Shown piece after piece: positions 20,438-29,241 of a DNA stretch of 64,000 bases. The number at the start of each line of letters is the position of its first letter. Position 1 is the stretch's first letter. Below the pieces are notes generated by a model. It was not told the DNA's origin and searched no databases. It saw nothing but the letters and a program-made list of their open reading frames with translations. This DNA is from an uncultured Clostridium sp. (lineage in GTDB: Bacteria; Bacillota; Clostridia; TANB77; CAG-508), in contig CAMBEE010000003.1 of assembly GCA_945865665.1 (NCBI GenBank), positions 75,379 to 139,378 on the forward strand, read 5' to 3'. Both the position numbers and the translations under genes were made by a program.

Positions 20438-21150
20438 GCTCTTTTTATATCATCATCATTTGCAACTCGTACACCATCTAATTCATATTTTAGACCTAAC
20501 TTTTCCCATTTATATCTACCCATATCGTGATATGGAAGAACTTCAACTTTATCAACAGTATTTAAACTATCGATAAAATTTTTCAGTTTTAATAAATCTT
20601 GTTCATCATCAGTATAATCAGGAACAAGAACCTGACGAATCCACATATGAATATTGTTTTCACTTAAGTAACGTGCAAAATCAAGTCCCTTTTCATTGCC
20701 AAATCCAACTAAATTTTTGCATTTTTCTGAATCGATATGTTTTATATCTAGTAAAACTAAATCTGTTAAAGAAAGTAATTTTTTTATATCTGGTGTTAAA
20801 GCAACCATACCTGAAGTGTCAACACAAGTATGAATGTTTTCTTTTTTTAGTTTCTCAAATAATTCAATTAGAAATTTGACTTGTAATAAAGGTTCTCCAC
20901 CTGTTACAGTTACACCACCATTTGGATAAATATAATTTTTATATTTCATAATTTTTTCGAATATATCATCTAATGATTTATATTCTCCACCATTCATATT
21001 CCATGTATCTCTGTTATGACAGTATTTACATTGTAGGTGGCACCCTTGTAAAAATAGTACAAATCTTATTCCTGGGCCATCAACTGTTCCAAATGATTCT
21101 ATTGAATGTATTTTTGCGTAGTATTTTAAATCAATATCTTTTTTTTTCAT
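20413..21150 (-). CDS. pflA: Pyruvate formate-lyase activating enzyme (glycyl-radical activase, radical SAM).
   Basis: GCHLQCKYCHNRDTW radical-SAM CxxxCxxC motif. ATG at 21148-21150 (MKKKDIDLKYY) with RBS AGGAGA. The track extension to 21180 runs into the palindromic element. Confidence 0.85.
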   Translation of the reverse strand: MKKKDIDLKYYAKIHSIESFGTVDGPGIRFVLFLQGCHLQCKYCHNRDTWNMNGGEYKSLDDIFEKIMKYKNYIYPNGGVTVTGGEPLLQVKFLIELFEKLKKENIHTCVDTSGMVALTPDIKKLLSLTDLVLLDIKHIDSEKCKNLVGFGNEKGLDFARYLSENNIHMWIRQVLVPDYTDDEQDLLKLKNFIDSLNTVDKVEVLPYHDMGRYKWEKLGLKYELDGVRVANDDDIKRAKSILGIT

Positions 21151-21171
21151 ATTGTTTCTCCTATAAAGATT

Positions 21172-21329
21172 GTGAACCAATGGGGACGTTCTTAAAATGG
21201 TTGTGAACCAATGGGGACGTTCTTAGATTGGTTGAAAAATAAAATAAAAATAAAAAATTAAAATTTCAACCAATCTAAGAACGTCCCCATTGGTTCACAA
21301 CCATTTTAAGAACGTCCCCATTGGTTCAC
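21172..21329. repeat. 158-bp perfect palindromic element (copy A of the CCAATGGGGACGTTCTTA family) filling the pflB-pflA intercistronic gap.
   Basis: Each arm holds two direct copies of GTGAACCAATGGGGACGTTCTTA. Left arm 21172-21236 is the exact reverse complement of right arm 21265-21329. About 27-nt A/T loop. Confidence 0.8.
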
Positions 21330-21341
21330 CTTTTTGTTTTT

Positions 21342-23579
21342 TTAAATTCTTTCGTGAATTGTTCTGTTTACAACATCTAATTGTTGTTCTCTTGTTAATT
21401 TTGTAAAGTTAACAGCATATCCAGAAACACGAATTGTAAGTTGAGGATATTTTTCTGGATGGTCCATAGCATCTAGTAATAAGCTTCTATCAAAAACATT
21501 TACATTGATGTGGTGACCTGTTTGTTTGAAATATCCATCTAACATATTAACCATATTTGTAACTCTTTCGTCTTCGGTTTTTCCAAGAGTTCCAGGTGTT
21601 ATTGAAAATGTGTAAGAAATACCATCTTCAGCTTCTTCAAATGGAAGTTTTGCAATTGAGTTCATAACTGCTAATGCTCCATTTGTATCTCTACCATGTA
21701 GAGGGTTTGCTCCTGGTCCGAATGGGGCTCCGGCTCTTCTTCCATCGGGTGTATTTCCTGTGTTTTTACCATAAACAACATTTGATGTTATTGTTAAAAT
21801 TGATAATGTTTGTTTTGAATTTCTATAAGTTTGATGTTTTTGCAATTTTTGTAAAAATCTTTTTACAACACATACAGCAATTTCGTCAACTCTGTTGTCA
21901 TCATTACCAAATTTAGGAAAGTCTCCTTCAATTTCATAATCGACAGCTAGACCTGTTTCATCTCTTATAACTTTTACTTTTGCATATTTTATAGCTGATA
22001 ATGAGTCAGCAACTACTGATAATCCAGCGATTCCACATGCCATTGTTCTTAAAATTTCTCTATCATGTAAAGCCATTTCGATTGCTTCATATGAATATTT
22101 ATCATGCATATAGTGAATTGCATTTAAAGCTTTTATATAAATTTTTGCAACATATTCCATCATTTGGTCAAATTTTTCTAAAACTTCGTCAAAGTCTAAG
22201 TATTCAGAAGTTATTGGTGCATATTTTGGTGTAACTTGTTTTCCAGAGATTTCGTCTCTACCGCCATTTATAGCATATAACAATGTTTTTGCTAAGTTTG
22301 CTCTTGCACCAAAGAATTGCATTTGTTTACCTATTTTCATAGGTGAAACACAACATGCGATTCCGTAATCATCACCTAATGTTATTCTCATTAAATCGTC
22401 ATTTTCGTATTGAATTGAAGATGTTTTTATAGATAAATCTGTTGTATATCTTTTAAATCCTTCTGGTAATCTTGTTGACCATAATACTGTTAAGTTTGGT
22501 TCTGGGGCAGGACCTAGGTTTTCTAGTGTGTGTAAAATCCTAAATGAGTTTTTAGTAACTAATGTTCTACCATCAATTCCCATACCACCAATACTTTCAG
22601 TTACCCAAACTGGGTCTCCACTGAATAGTTCGTTATATTCTGGTGTTCTTAAAAATCTAACTAATCTTAATTTCATAACAAAGTGGTCCATTATTTCTTG
22701 AACTTGCTCCTCTGTTAATGTTCCATCTGCTAAATCTCTTTCAAAATAGATGTCTAAGAATGTAGATGTTCTACCGATACTCATTGCAGCACCATTTTGG
22801 TCTTTTATTGCTCCTAAATATCCAAAGTATAACCATTGAACAGCTTCTTTTGCATTTGAAGCAGGTTTTGATATGTCATACCCATATTTTGCAGCCATTA
22901 CCTTTAATGCTTGTAATGCGTCAATTTGTTCTTTCATTTCTTCTCTTTCACGAATAATTTCTTCTGTGAATTCGTTTGTATCTAAAACTTCTAATTCTTC
23001 TTTTTTAAGTGCTATTAAAACATCAACACCGTAAAGAGCAACTCTTCTGTAATCTCCTATAATTCTTCCACGACCATATCCGTCTGGTAGACCTGTTATT
23101 AAATGACTACTTCTTGCAGCTCTTATGTCTGGTGTATATACACTGAAAACACCGTCATTATGTGTTTTTCTTATTGTATGGAAAATTTTATCAACCTCTG
23201 GGTCAACTTCTCTTCCATAAGCCTCACAAGATTTTTCTACAATACGGATTCCTCCAAATGGCATAATTGCTCTTTTTAAAGGTGCATCTGTTTGTAGACC
23301 TACGATTTCTTCTAAGTCTTTGTCAATGTATCCTGCGTCATGTGCGGCTACTGTTGATACTGTTTTTGTGTCAATATCTAATACTCCACCTTTTGCTTCT
23401 TTTTCTTTTTTATATAGTTCTAATACTTCGTCCCATAGTTTTTTTGTTTTTTCTGTTGTTCCTTTTAAGAAACTTGAGTCTCCTTCATATGGTGTGTAGT
23501 TGTTTTGTATGAAGTCTCTTACATTTATTTCGTGTTGCCAGTCTCCTGGTTTGAATTTGTTCCATTGTTCAAATTCCAT
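21342..23579 (-). CDS. pflB: Pyruvate formate-lyase (formate C-acetyltransferase).
   Basis: 745 aa. C-terminal glycine-radical motif [11 protein letters not shown]. Active-site region ACCVSPM. Confidence 0.9.
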   Translation of the reverse strand: MEFEQWNKFKPGDWQHEINVRDFIQNNYTPYEGDSSFLKGTTEKTKKLWDEVLELYKKEKEAKGGVLDIDTKTVSTVAAHDAGYIDKDLEEIVGLQTDAPLKRAIMPFGGIRIVEKSCEAYGREVDPEVDKIFHTIRKTHNDGVFSVYTPDIRAARSSHLITGLPDGYGRGRIIGDYRRVALYGVDVLIALKKEELEVLDTNEFTEEIIREREEMKEQIDALQALKVMAAKYGYDISKPASNAKEAVQWLYFGYLGAIKDQNGAAMSIGRTSTFLDIYFERDLADGTLTEEQVQEIMDHFVMKLRLVRFLRTPEYNELFSGDPVWVTESIGGMGIDGRTLVTKNSFRILHTLENLGPAPEPNLTVLWSTRLPEGFKRYTTDLSIKTSSIQYENDDLMRITLGDDYGIACCVSPMKIGKQMQFFGARANLAKTLLYAINGGRDEISGKQVTPKYAPITSEYLDFDEVLEKFDQMMEYVAKIYIKALNAIHYMHDKYSYEAIEMALHDREILRTMACGIAGLSVVADSLSAIKYAKVKVIRDETGLAVDYEIEGDFPKFGNDDNRVDEIAVCVVKRFLQKLQKHQTYRNSKQTLSILTITSNVVYGKNTGNTPDGRRAGAPFGPGANPLHGRDTNGALAVMNSIAKLPFEEAEDGISYTFSITPGTLGKTEDERVTNMVNMLDGYFKQTGHHINVNVFDRSLLLDAMDHPEKYPQLTIRVSGYAVNFTKLTREQQLDVVNRTIHERI

Positions 23580-23713
23580 TTTTGTACCTCCTTATTTTTT
23601 TCTTCTTTTAGTGTGTTCTTTTTTTCAAATATTATGATATCATAAGTGAGGTTGATTATCAATTATTTGAATAAATTTTTAAGTGAAATTTTTGTGAATA
23701 AAAAGCAACACCA

Positions 23714-24097
23714 TTATTTGATGTTGCTTTTTTTAAAGCTCTCTTCAAGCTGAAGTTTTACTAAATCATTAGCAAGTCTACTAATAACTTTTTTATTATA
23801 GTCATTTAATTGTGAATAATCTTCTAAAAATTTATTATCAACTAAATCTGCAAAAGCGGAAGAACTTGTATCAATCAAACCACTAAAAAGAAAATCTGTA
23901 GAGATATTAAGTGCATTACACAAACTAACAATAGTAGTAGCACTACCAAAAGCTATACCACGTTCCAATTGGCTGATATATCTTGGTGATAAAGAAGTTT
24001 TTTCTGCAAGAACTTCCTGTGTGTACTTAGTTTTAGTTCTAGCTAATTTCAATTTTTTTCCAATATTTTTTCTTAAATTTTTTTCGATTTCTGTCAT
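23714..24097 (-). CDS. XRE-family helix-turn-helix transcriptional regulator.
   Basis: LKLARTKTKYTQEVLAEKTSLSPRYISQLERG HTH_3 pattern. Terminator hairpin GCAACA...TGTTGC at 23700-23735. Confidence 0.6.
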   Translation of the reverse strand: MTEIEKNLRKNIGKKLKLARTKTKYTQEVLAEKTSLSPRYISQLERGIAFGSATTIVSLCNALNISTDFLFSGLIDTSSSAFADLVDNKFLEDYSQLNDYNKKVISRLANDLVKLQLEESFKKSNIK

Positions 24098-24322
24098 AAA
24101 ATACCTCCAAATATATAAGAATTATTTAGTTTTGAGTATATCAATCATAATTAAATAATAACACGAAGTATTAGTACGAAAAGATTTAATTTGTAATACT
24201 GTTAATAGTATAAAAAATAATTTTAAATATTAGATAGAAAACAAAAAATATTGTAGAAAATTTAAAATATAAAAATATAATAAAAAAATTTATAAAAAAA
24301 TAAAAAAAATTTAAAAAAACTA

Positions 24323-24351
24323 TTGCAAAATAAATAAAGTTATATTACAAT
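24323..24351 (+). promoter_or_regulatory. Sigma-A type promoter of the mraZ (dcw) operon.
   Basis: TTGCAA(24323-28)-17 nt-TACAAT(24346-51). Confidence 0.45.
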
Positions 24352-24360
24352 TTACATTAA

Positions 24361-24407
24361 GTGGAGAAAAGTGGTACAAAGTGGTAGAAAAGTGAAAAGA
24401 GGTGAAG
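24361..24407 (+). promoter_or_regulatory. MraZ-box array: direct repeats GTGG[AT][AG] at exact 10-bp spacing just downstream of Pmra.
   Basis: GTGGAGaaaaGTGGTAcaaaGTGGTAgaaaaGTGAAAagagGTGAAG. MraZ autoregulatory operators in other bacteria are GTGG-containing direct repeats with 10-bp periodicity. Confidence 0.5.
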
Positions 24408-24411
24408 ACCA

Positions 24412-24837
24412 TTGTTAATGGGTGAATATGAGCATACTCTAGATGCCAAGGGCAGATTAATAATGCCTGCAAAATTAAGACAAGACATTGGAGATAAATT
24501 CGTTATAACTAAAGGATTAGACGGATGTTTATTTGCTTTTTCACAAGAAGAATGGTTGAACTTTGAAACAAAACTAAAATCACTACCACTATCAGATAGA
24601 AACGCAAGAAACTTTGTTAGATTTTTCTTATCAGGAGCAACTGAATGTGAGATTGATAAACAAGGTAGGTTTCTAATTCCAAATAATTTACGTTCAGCAG
24701 CAGAACTAGAAAAAGAAGCAGTAATAATTGGAGTAGGTACTAGGTTAGAAATATGGAATAAGGCAAATTGGGAAAAATGCGACGAGAATATATCTGTAGA
24801 TGAAATTGCTGAAAATATGACTATGCTTGGTATATAA
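24412..24837 (+). CDS. mraZ: Division/cell wall cluster transcriptional regulator MraZ.
   Basis: N-terminus (M)[22 protein letters not shown] with tandem DUF-MraZ halves. TTG start. Confidence 0.85.
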   Translation: MLMGEYEHTLDAKGRLIMPAKLRQDIGDKFVITKGLDGCLFAFSQEEWLNFETKLKSLPLSDRNARNFVRFFLSGATECEIDKQGRFLIPNNLRSAAELEKEAVIIGVGTRLEIWNKANWEKCDENISVDEIAENMTMLGI

Positions 24838-24857
24838 CTTGCAAAAGTTTATATAGA

Positions 24858-25172
24858 ATACAAAAGACAGAATTACTAGGGAAAAATATACAAAAGATAA
24901 AAAATACAAAAGATAAGTTTATAAAAGAAAATGTTACTAAAGATTGTTAAAGTAACTAAAGAAAAGATTACAAAAGATTAAATTACAAAAGTTAAAAGAA
25001 CAAAAGAAAATGGTACAAAAGATAAATGTACTTGAGAAAATATGTGCAAAAGAAAACTAATACTAATGATTTTACAAAAGATAAAAAATTACAGAAGAAT
25101 ATCAAAAAACATAAGTAAAAAATCCAAAGAAAAGATTACTAAGGATTTTATAAAAAATACCAAAAGAAAAAA
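24858..25172. repeat. Degenerate array of at least 10 copies of [TA]ACAAAAGA[TA]AA in the unusually long (~490-bp) mraZ-rsmH spacer.
   Basis: TACAAAAGACAG, TACAAAAGATAAAAAATACAAAAGATAAG, TTACAAAAGATTAAATTACAAAAGTTAAAAGAACAAAAGAAAATGGTACAAAAGATAAATG, TTACAAAAGATAAAAAATTACAGAAGAAT, TACCAAAAGAAAA. No ORF of 60 aa or longer. Confidence 0.5.
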
Positions 25173-25183
25173 CATATAATGCA

Positions 25184-25212
25184 AACAGCTGGTACTTTTA
25201 CCAGCTGTTTTG
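25184..25212 (+). terminator. Perfect 11-bp stem hairpin (terminator/attenuator-like) between mraZ and rsmH.
   Basis: AACAGCTGGTA-CTTT-TACCAGCTGTT followed by TTGCGTC. Preceded by TATAAT at 25175-80. Confidence 0.45.
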
Positions 25213-25330
25213 CGTCTATAAAAGAAAAATATGAGTATTTGACTATAAACTTATTAAAAAAGGTTTTAGAAAAAGCGTATATAAAATTTTATAGAATATG
25301 TAATATAAAAAACTTTTAAGAGGTGAAAAA

Positions 25331-26260
25331 TTGGAATTTAAGCATAAACCTGTAATGTTAGAAGAATGCATATGTGGGTTGAATATTAAACCTGATGGAA
25401 TATATGTTGATGGAACTCTTGGAGGAGCAGGACATAGCAGAGAAATAGTAAAAAGATTATCAAAAGAAGGATTACTAATTGGAATAGATAGAGATGAAGA
25501 CGCTCTAAAAGCAGCAAAAGAAAACTTAAAGGAATTCCGAAATGTAAAATTCGTTAAAGATAATCATGACAATATAAAGCAAATTTTAGAAGACATCGGA
25601 ATAGAAAAAGTTGATGGAATCTTACTTGATTTAGGTGTTTCTTCATATCAATTAGATGAAAGAAATAGAGGATTCAGTTATCTAGGTGAAAATGAACTTG
25701 ATATGAGGATGGATAAAAATCAGGAATTATCTGCGAAAAATGTTGTAAATGAGTATCCAGAAGAAAAACTTGCAAATATCATATATGAATATGGTGAAGA
25801 AAGATTTTCAAGACAAATAGCCAGAAACATATGCGAATATCGAAAAGAACATTTAATTAATACTACAAAACAATTAGTAGAAATAATAGAAAAATCAATT
25901 CCAAAATCAAAACAAAATGATGGACATCCTGCAAAAAGGACATTCCAGGCAATTAGAATTGAAGTAAATGACGAAATTAAACCATTATATAATACAGTAA
26001 AAGATTGCATAGATTGCTTAAAACCACAAGGAAGATTATGTATTATAACATTTCATTCTTTGGAAGATAGAGCTGTTAAAAATGCAATGTTAGATGCAAA
26101 AGGGAAATGCACTTGTCCACCTGATTTACCATATTGTGTATGTGGTGCAAAATCACTTGGAAAAGTAATTACTAGAAAACCAATTGTAGCTACGAAAGAA
26201 GAACAGGAAGAAAATAGCAGAAGCAAAAGTGCAAAACTTAGAATTTTTGAAAAGGAATAA
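25331..26260 (+). CDS. rsmH: 16S rRNA (cytosine1402-N4)-methyltransferase RsmH (MraW).
   Basis: [12 protein letters not shown]...[15 protein letters not shown]-binding motif. TTG start with RBS AAGAGGTG. Confidence 0.85.
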   Translation: MEFKHKPVMLEECICGLNIKPDGIYVDGTLGGAGHSREIVKRLSKEGLLIGIDRDEDALKAAKENLKEFRNVKFVKDNHDNIKQILEDIGIEKVDGILLDLGVSSYQLDERNRGFSYLGENELDMRMDKNQELSAKNVVNEYPEEKLANIIYEYGEERFSRQIARNICEYRKEHLINTTKQLVEIIEKSIPKSKQNDGHPAKRTFQAIRIEVNDEIKPLYNTVKDCIDCLKPQGRLCIITFHSLEDRAVKNAMLDAKGKCTCPPDLPYCVCGAKSLGKVITRKPIVATKEEQEENSRSKSAKLRIFEKE

Positions 26261-26347
26261 TGTCTTATGGGGGACGGTTCTGTTTGAAACATCGGTTCCA
26301 AAAGAGACATATATGAATTTAAAAGAAAGAGAGGTGAAAAATAACTT

Positions 26348-26857
26348 ATGGCACAAGCAAAGTATCAATATGGAACTAGCCCTAGAAAGTTAGAACCAGA
26401 TTATACTAGAAAAACAAGTCAAAGACCAAAAAGAAAACCATTAAAAGTTGTCAAAGAATTGCCTAGACAACAAATACAAATTTCTAAAGAACAACGTAAA
26501 AAACAAATGAAAACAACAGTTACAGTTGTTGGGTTATTTTTGTTGTTATTAACCATAAGTTGTAGAAACTCTCAAATAGATAGACAATTTGACCAAATTC
26601 AAGATCAAAAGAAACAGCTGGCTGCTTTGCAAAAAGAGAATGAGCAATTAAAAGTTAGTATTGAAAATAGTGTAAATATTAGCAATATTGAAAAGGTTGC
26701 TAAAGAAGAATTGGGAATGCAAAAATTAAGTGGTAAACAAACAGTATATGTTACTTTACCTAAAAAAGATTATGTTGAATCTGCTTCAGAAAAAGTTGTT
26801 ATTGAAAAAAGTAAAACTTGGTGGGAAAAAGTTGCAGATAAAATTTTGAATTTTTGA
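26348..26857 (+). CDS. ftsL: Cell division protein FtsL-like (bitopic, coiled-coil).
   Basis: Position in dcw cluster. Single TM TTVTVVGLFLLLLTI followed by coiled-coil QKKQLAALQKENEQLKV. Confidence 0.55.
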   Translation: MAQAKYQYGTSPRKLEPDYTRKTSQRPKRKPLKVVKELPRQQIQISKEQRKKQMKTTVTVVGLFLLLLTISCRNSQIDRQFDQIQDQKKQLAALQKENEQLKVSIENSVNISNIEKVAKEELGMQKLSGKQTVYVTLPKKDYVESASEKVVIEKSKTWWEKVADKILNF

Positions 26858-26947
26858 TTTTATTGATAAATTTTAAAATTTGCTACAAGAAAAATTTAAT
26901 AAGAATAAATTAAAACACTTCTAATAAATATTATTAGAGGTGTTTTT

Positions 26948-28939
26948 ATGGTGAAAATAAATTTATCAACAAAAAAGAGGATGAGAGTAACACTGTTTAT
27001 AATTTTTTTAATAATCGTATTGTTAATTGGAAGATTAGGATATGTGCAATTAATAGATGGAAAGAAATTATCAAAATTGGCATATGAACAACAAACACTA
27101 GATAGAACAATAAATCCAAAGAGAGGAACTATTTATGATACAACAGGGCAGGTTCTGGCACAAAGTAGTACTGTTGAAACAGTTACTGTGAATCCTGGAA
27201 ATATTGATAAGAATGATAAAGAAAAGGTAGCAAAAAAACTTTCTGATATTTTTGAGTTAGATTATGAAAAAACTTTGAAGAAAGTTTCTAAGAGAAGTTC
27301 TATAGAAACTATTGCTAAAAAGGTTGATAAGGAAAAGACTGATGAACTTAGAAAATGGATGGAAGAGGAGAATATAACAACAGGAATAAACATTGATGAA
27401 GATACAAAAAGATATTATCCTAATAATAATTTAGCATCTCAAATTATAGGATTTTGTGGAAGTGATAATCAAGGACTTGACGGAATTGAAGCAAAATATG
27501 ATAATGTGCTTTCTGGAACAAAAGGTGCAATTAAGAGACATACTGATGCAAAAGGTGGAGAAATAGGTGAAGAGGGTGAAACATATGTTGCAGCTAAAAA
27601 TGGAAATGATGTTGTTCTTACGATAGATATGAATATTCAATCAATTGTAGAAAAATATTTGAAAGAAGCATGTATTGACAATAAGTGTACAGATGGTGGA
27701 AATATTGTTGTTATGAATCCACAAAATGGTGATATTTTAGCGATGGCAACATATCCGAATTATAATTTAAATGAACCATATGCAGCATATACAGATGAAC
27801 TAAAAGGTATCTGGGATACAACAGATCAGGCAGAAAAGACTAAAAGCTTACAGGCTGTTTGGAGAAATAGAGCAATTACAGATACATATGAGCCTGGTTC
27901 AACGTTTAAAACTATTACTGCATCTGCATCTCTTGAGGAGGGGCTAGTTACAGATATAGATAAACAGGGACAATTCTGTTGTACAGGTGGAATTGAAGTT
28001 GCGGGAGTAAGAATAAAATGTTGGAGATATTATAGACCACATGGAGCAGAAAGTTTGAGACAGGCATTAATGAATTCGTGTAACCCAATTTTTATAGGTC
28101 TAGGTCAAAAAATGGGTGTTCACACGTATTATAGCTATTTACAGAAATTTGGTTTATTAGAGAAAACTGGAATTGATTTGCCAGGTGAGGCAGGAAGTAT
28201 ATTTTTAGCTGAAAATAAGGCTGGTCCTGTTGAATTAGCAACAATAAGCTTTGGCCAAAGATTTGAAATTACTCCAATTCAGTTGGTAACAGCTGTTTCT
28301 TCAATAGCAAATGGTGGAAATTTAGTCCAACCAAGAGTGGTTAAATCAATAATTGATAGTGAAACAGGTGAAAGAACAGATATTGAAACAAAAGTTAAAT
28401 CGCAGACAATTTCTAAAGAAACATCGGAAAAAGTTTTAAGTATGATGGAATCTGTTGTTTCAGAAGGTACTGGTAAAAATGCTAAAGTTGCAGGTTATAG
28501 AATTGGTGGAAAGACTGGAACTTCTGAAGATGGTGTAAATACTAATAAATATGTTACTTCATTTTTAGGTGTTGCACCTATTGAAAATCCACAAGTGGTT
28601 TTGCTGGTTACTTTGTACAATCCGACTGGTGAGGGAGGACATCAAGGTGGTGGTGTTGCAGCACCTGTTGGAGGTCAAGTTTTTAGTGAGATTTTGCCTT
28701 ATTTGGAAGTATCACAGGAAAATCAAGATGAGGTTGAACAGGTTGAACAAATTCAGGTTCCTAATGTTGAAGGATTAAGTATTAAAGAGGCGGAAAAAGC
28801 TACTAAAGAAGTGGGGTTGGAAATTAGTGTTCAAAATGATTCAGAAGAACTTGATAGGGAAAATACGGTTATTAAGGAACAGTCTCCAAGAGAAGGTGTT
28901 AGTGTTAATAAAGGTAGTAAAATTTTTGTGGAATTTTAA
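26948..28939 (+). CDS. Class B penicillin-binding protein transpeptidase (FtsI/SpoVD family) with C-terminal PASTA domain.
   Basis: STFK active-site serine motif (GSTFKTIT), SCN (MNSCNP), KTGT (GGKTGT). C-terminal PASTA VPNVEGLSIKEAEKATKEVGLEISV. Confidence 0.8.
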   Translation: MVKINLSTKKRMRVTLFIIFLIIVLLIGRLGYVQLIDGKKLSKLAYEQQTLDRTINPKRGTIYDTTGQVLAQSSTVETVTVNPGNIDKNDKEKVAKKLSDIFELDYEKTLKKVSKRSSIETIAKKVDKEKTDELRKWMEEENITTGINIDEDTKRYYPNNNLASQIIGFCGSDNQGLDGIEAKYDNVLSGTKGAIKRHTDAKGGEIGEEGETYVAAKNGNDVVLTIDMNIQSIVEKYLKEACIDNKCTDGGNIVVMNPQNGDILAMATYPNYNLNEPYAAYTDELKGIWDTTDQAEKTKSLQAVWRNRAITDTYEPGSTFKTITASASLEEGLVTDIDKQGQFCCTGGIEVAGVRIKCWRYYRPHGAESLRQALMNSCNPIFIGLGQKMGVHTYYSYLQKFGLLEKTGIDLPGEAGSIFLAENKAGPVELATISFGQRFEITPIQLVTAVSSIANGGNLVQPRVVKSIIDSETGERTDIETKVKSQTISKETSEKVLSMMESVVSEGTGKNAKVAGYRIGGKTGTSEDGVNTNKYVTSFLGVAPIENPQVVLLVTLYNPTGEGGHQGGGVAAPVGGQVFSEILPYLEVSQENQDEVEQVEQIQVPNVEGLSIKEAEKATKEVGLEISVQNDSEELDRENTVIKEQSPREGVSVNKGSKIFVEF

Positions 28940-29117
28940 ACCAATGGAACCAATGGGGACGTTCTTGAATTGAACCAATGGGGACGTTCTTAAATTGGTT
29001 GAAATTTATAAAATTTAAATATAAATCTTTATTATTAATTTTTCAACCAATTTAAGAACGTCCCCATTGGTTCCCATTGGTTCAATTCAAAAACGTCCCT
29101 ATTGGTTCCATTGGTTC
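28940..29117. repeat. About 178-bp imperfect palindromic element (copy B of the CCAATGGGGACGTTCTTA family) between the PBP stop and murE.
   Basis: Left arm ACCAATGGAACCAATGGGGACGTTCTTGAATTGAACCAATGGGGACGTTCTTAAATTGGTTGAAA. Right arm is the reverse complement with an extra degenerate unit. AT-rich ~38-nt loop. Confidence 0.75.
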
Positions 29118-29241
29118 AAAAATATTAGTACAAAATTCTCAAAAAACTCTATACAAAAAGCAAAAATAGTTATATAATGTAACCAAAATTATGAGCAAAA
29201 ATTTGGTCATAAAACATATTAAAATGAAGGGATGATTCTAA

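Noticed and set aside
21172-21329. Possible CRISPR array, because of the repeated 23-bp unit seen here and at 28940-29117.
   Set aside because: Units are arranged as nested inverted repeats forming one palindrome, not evenly spaced direct repeats with unique spacers. Only 2 direct units per arm. No cas genes nearby.
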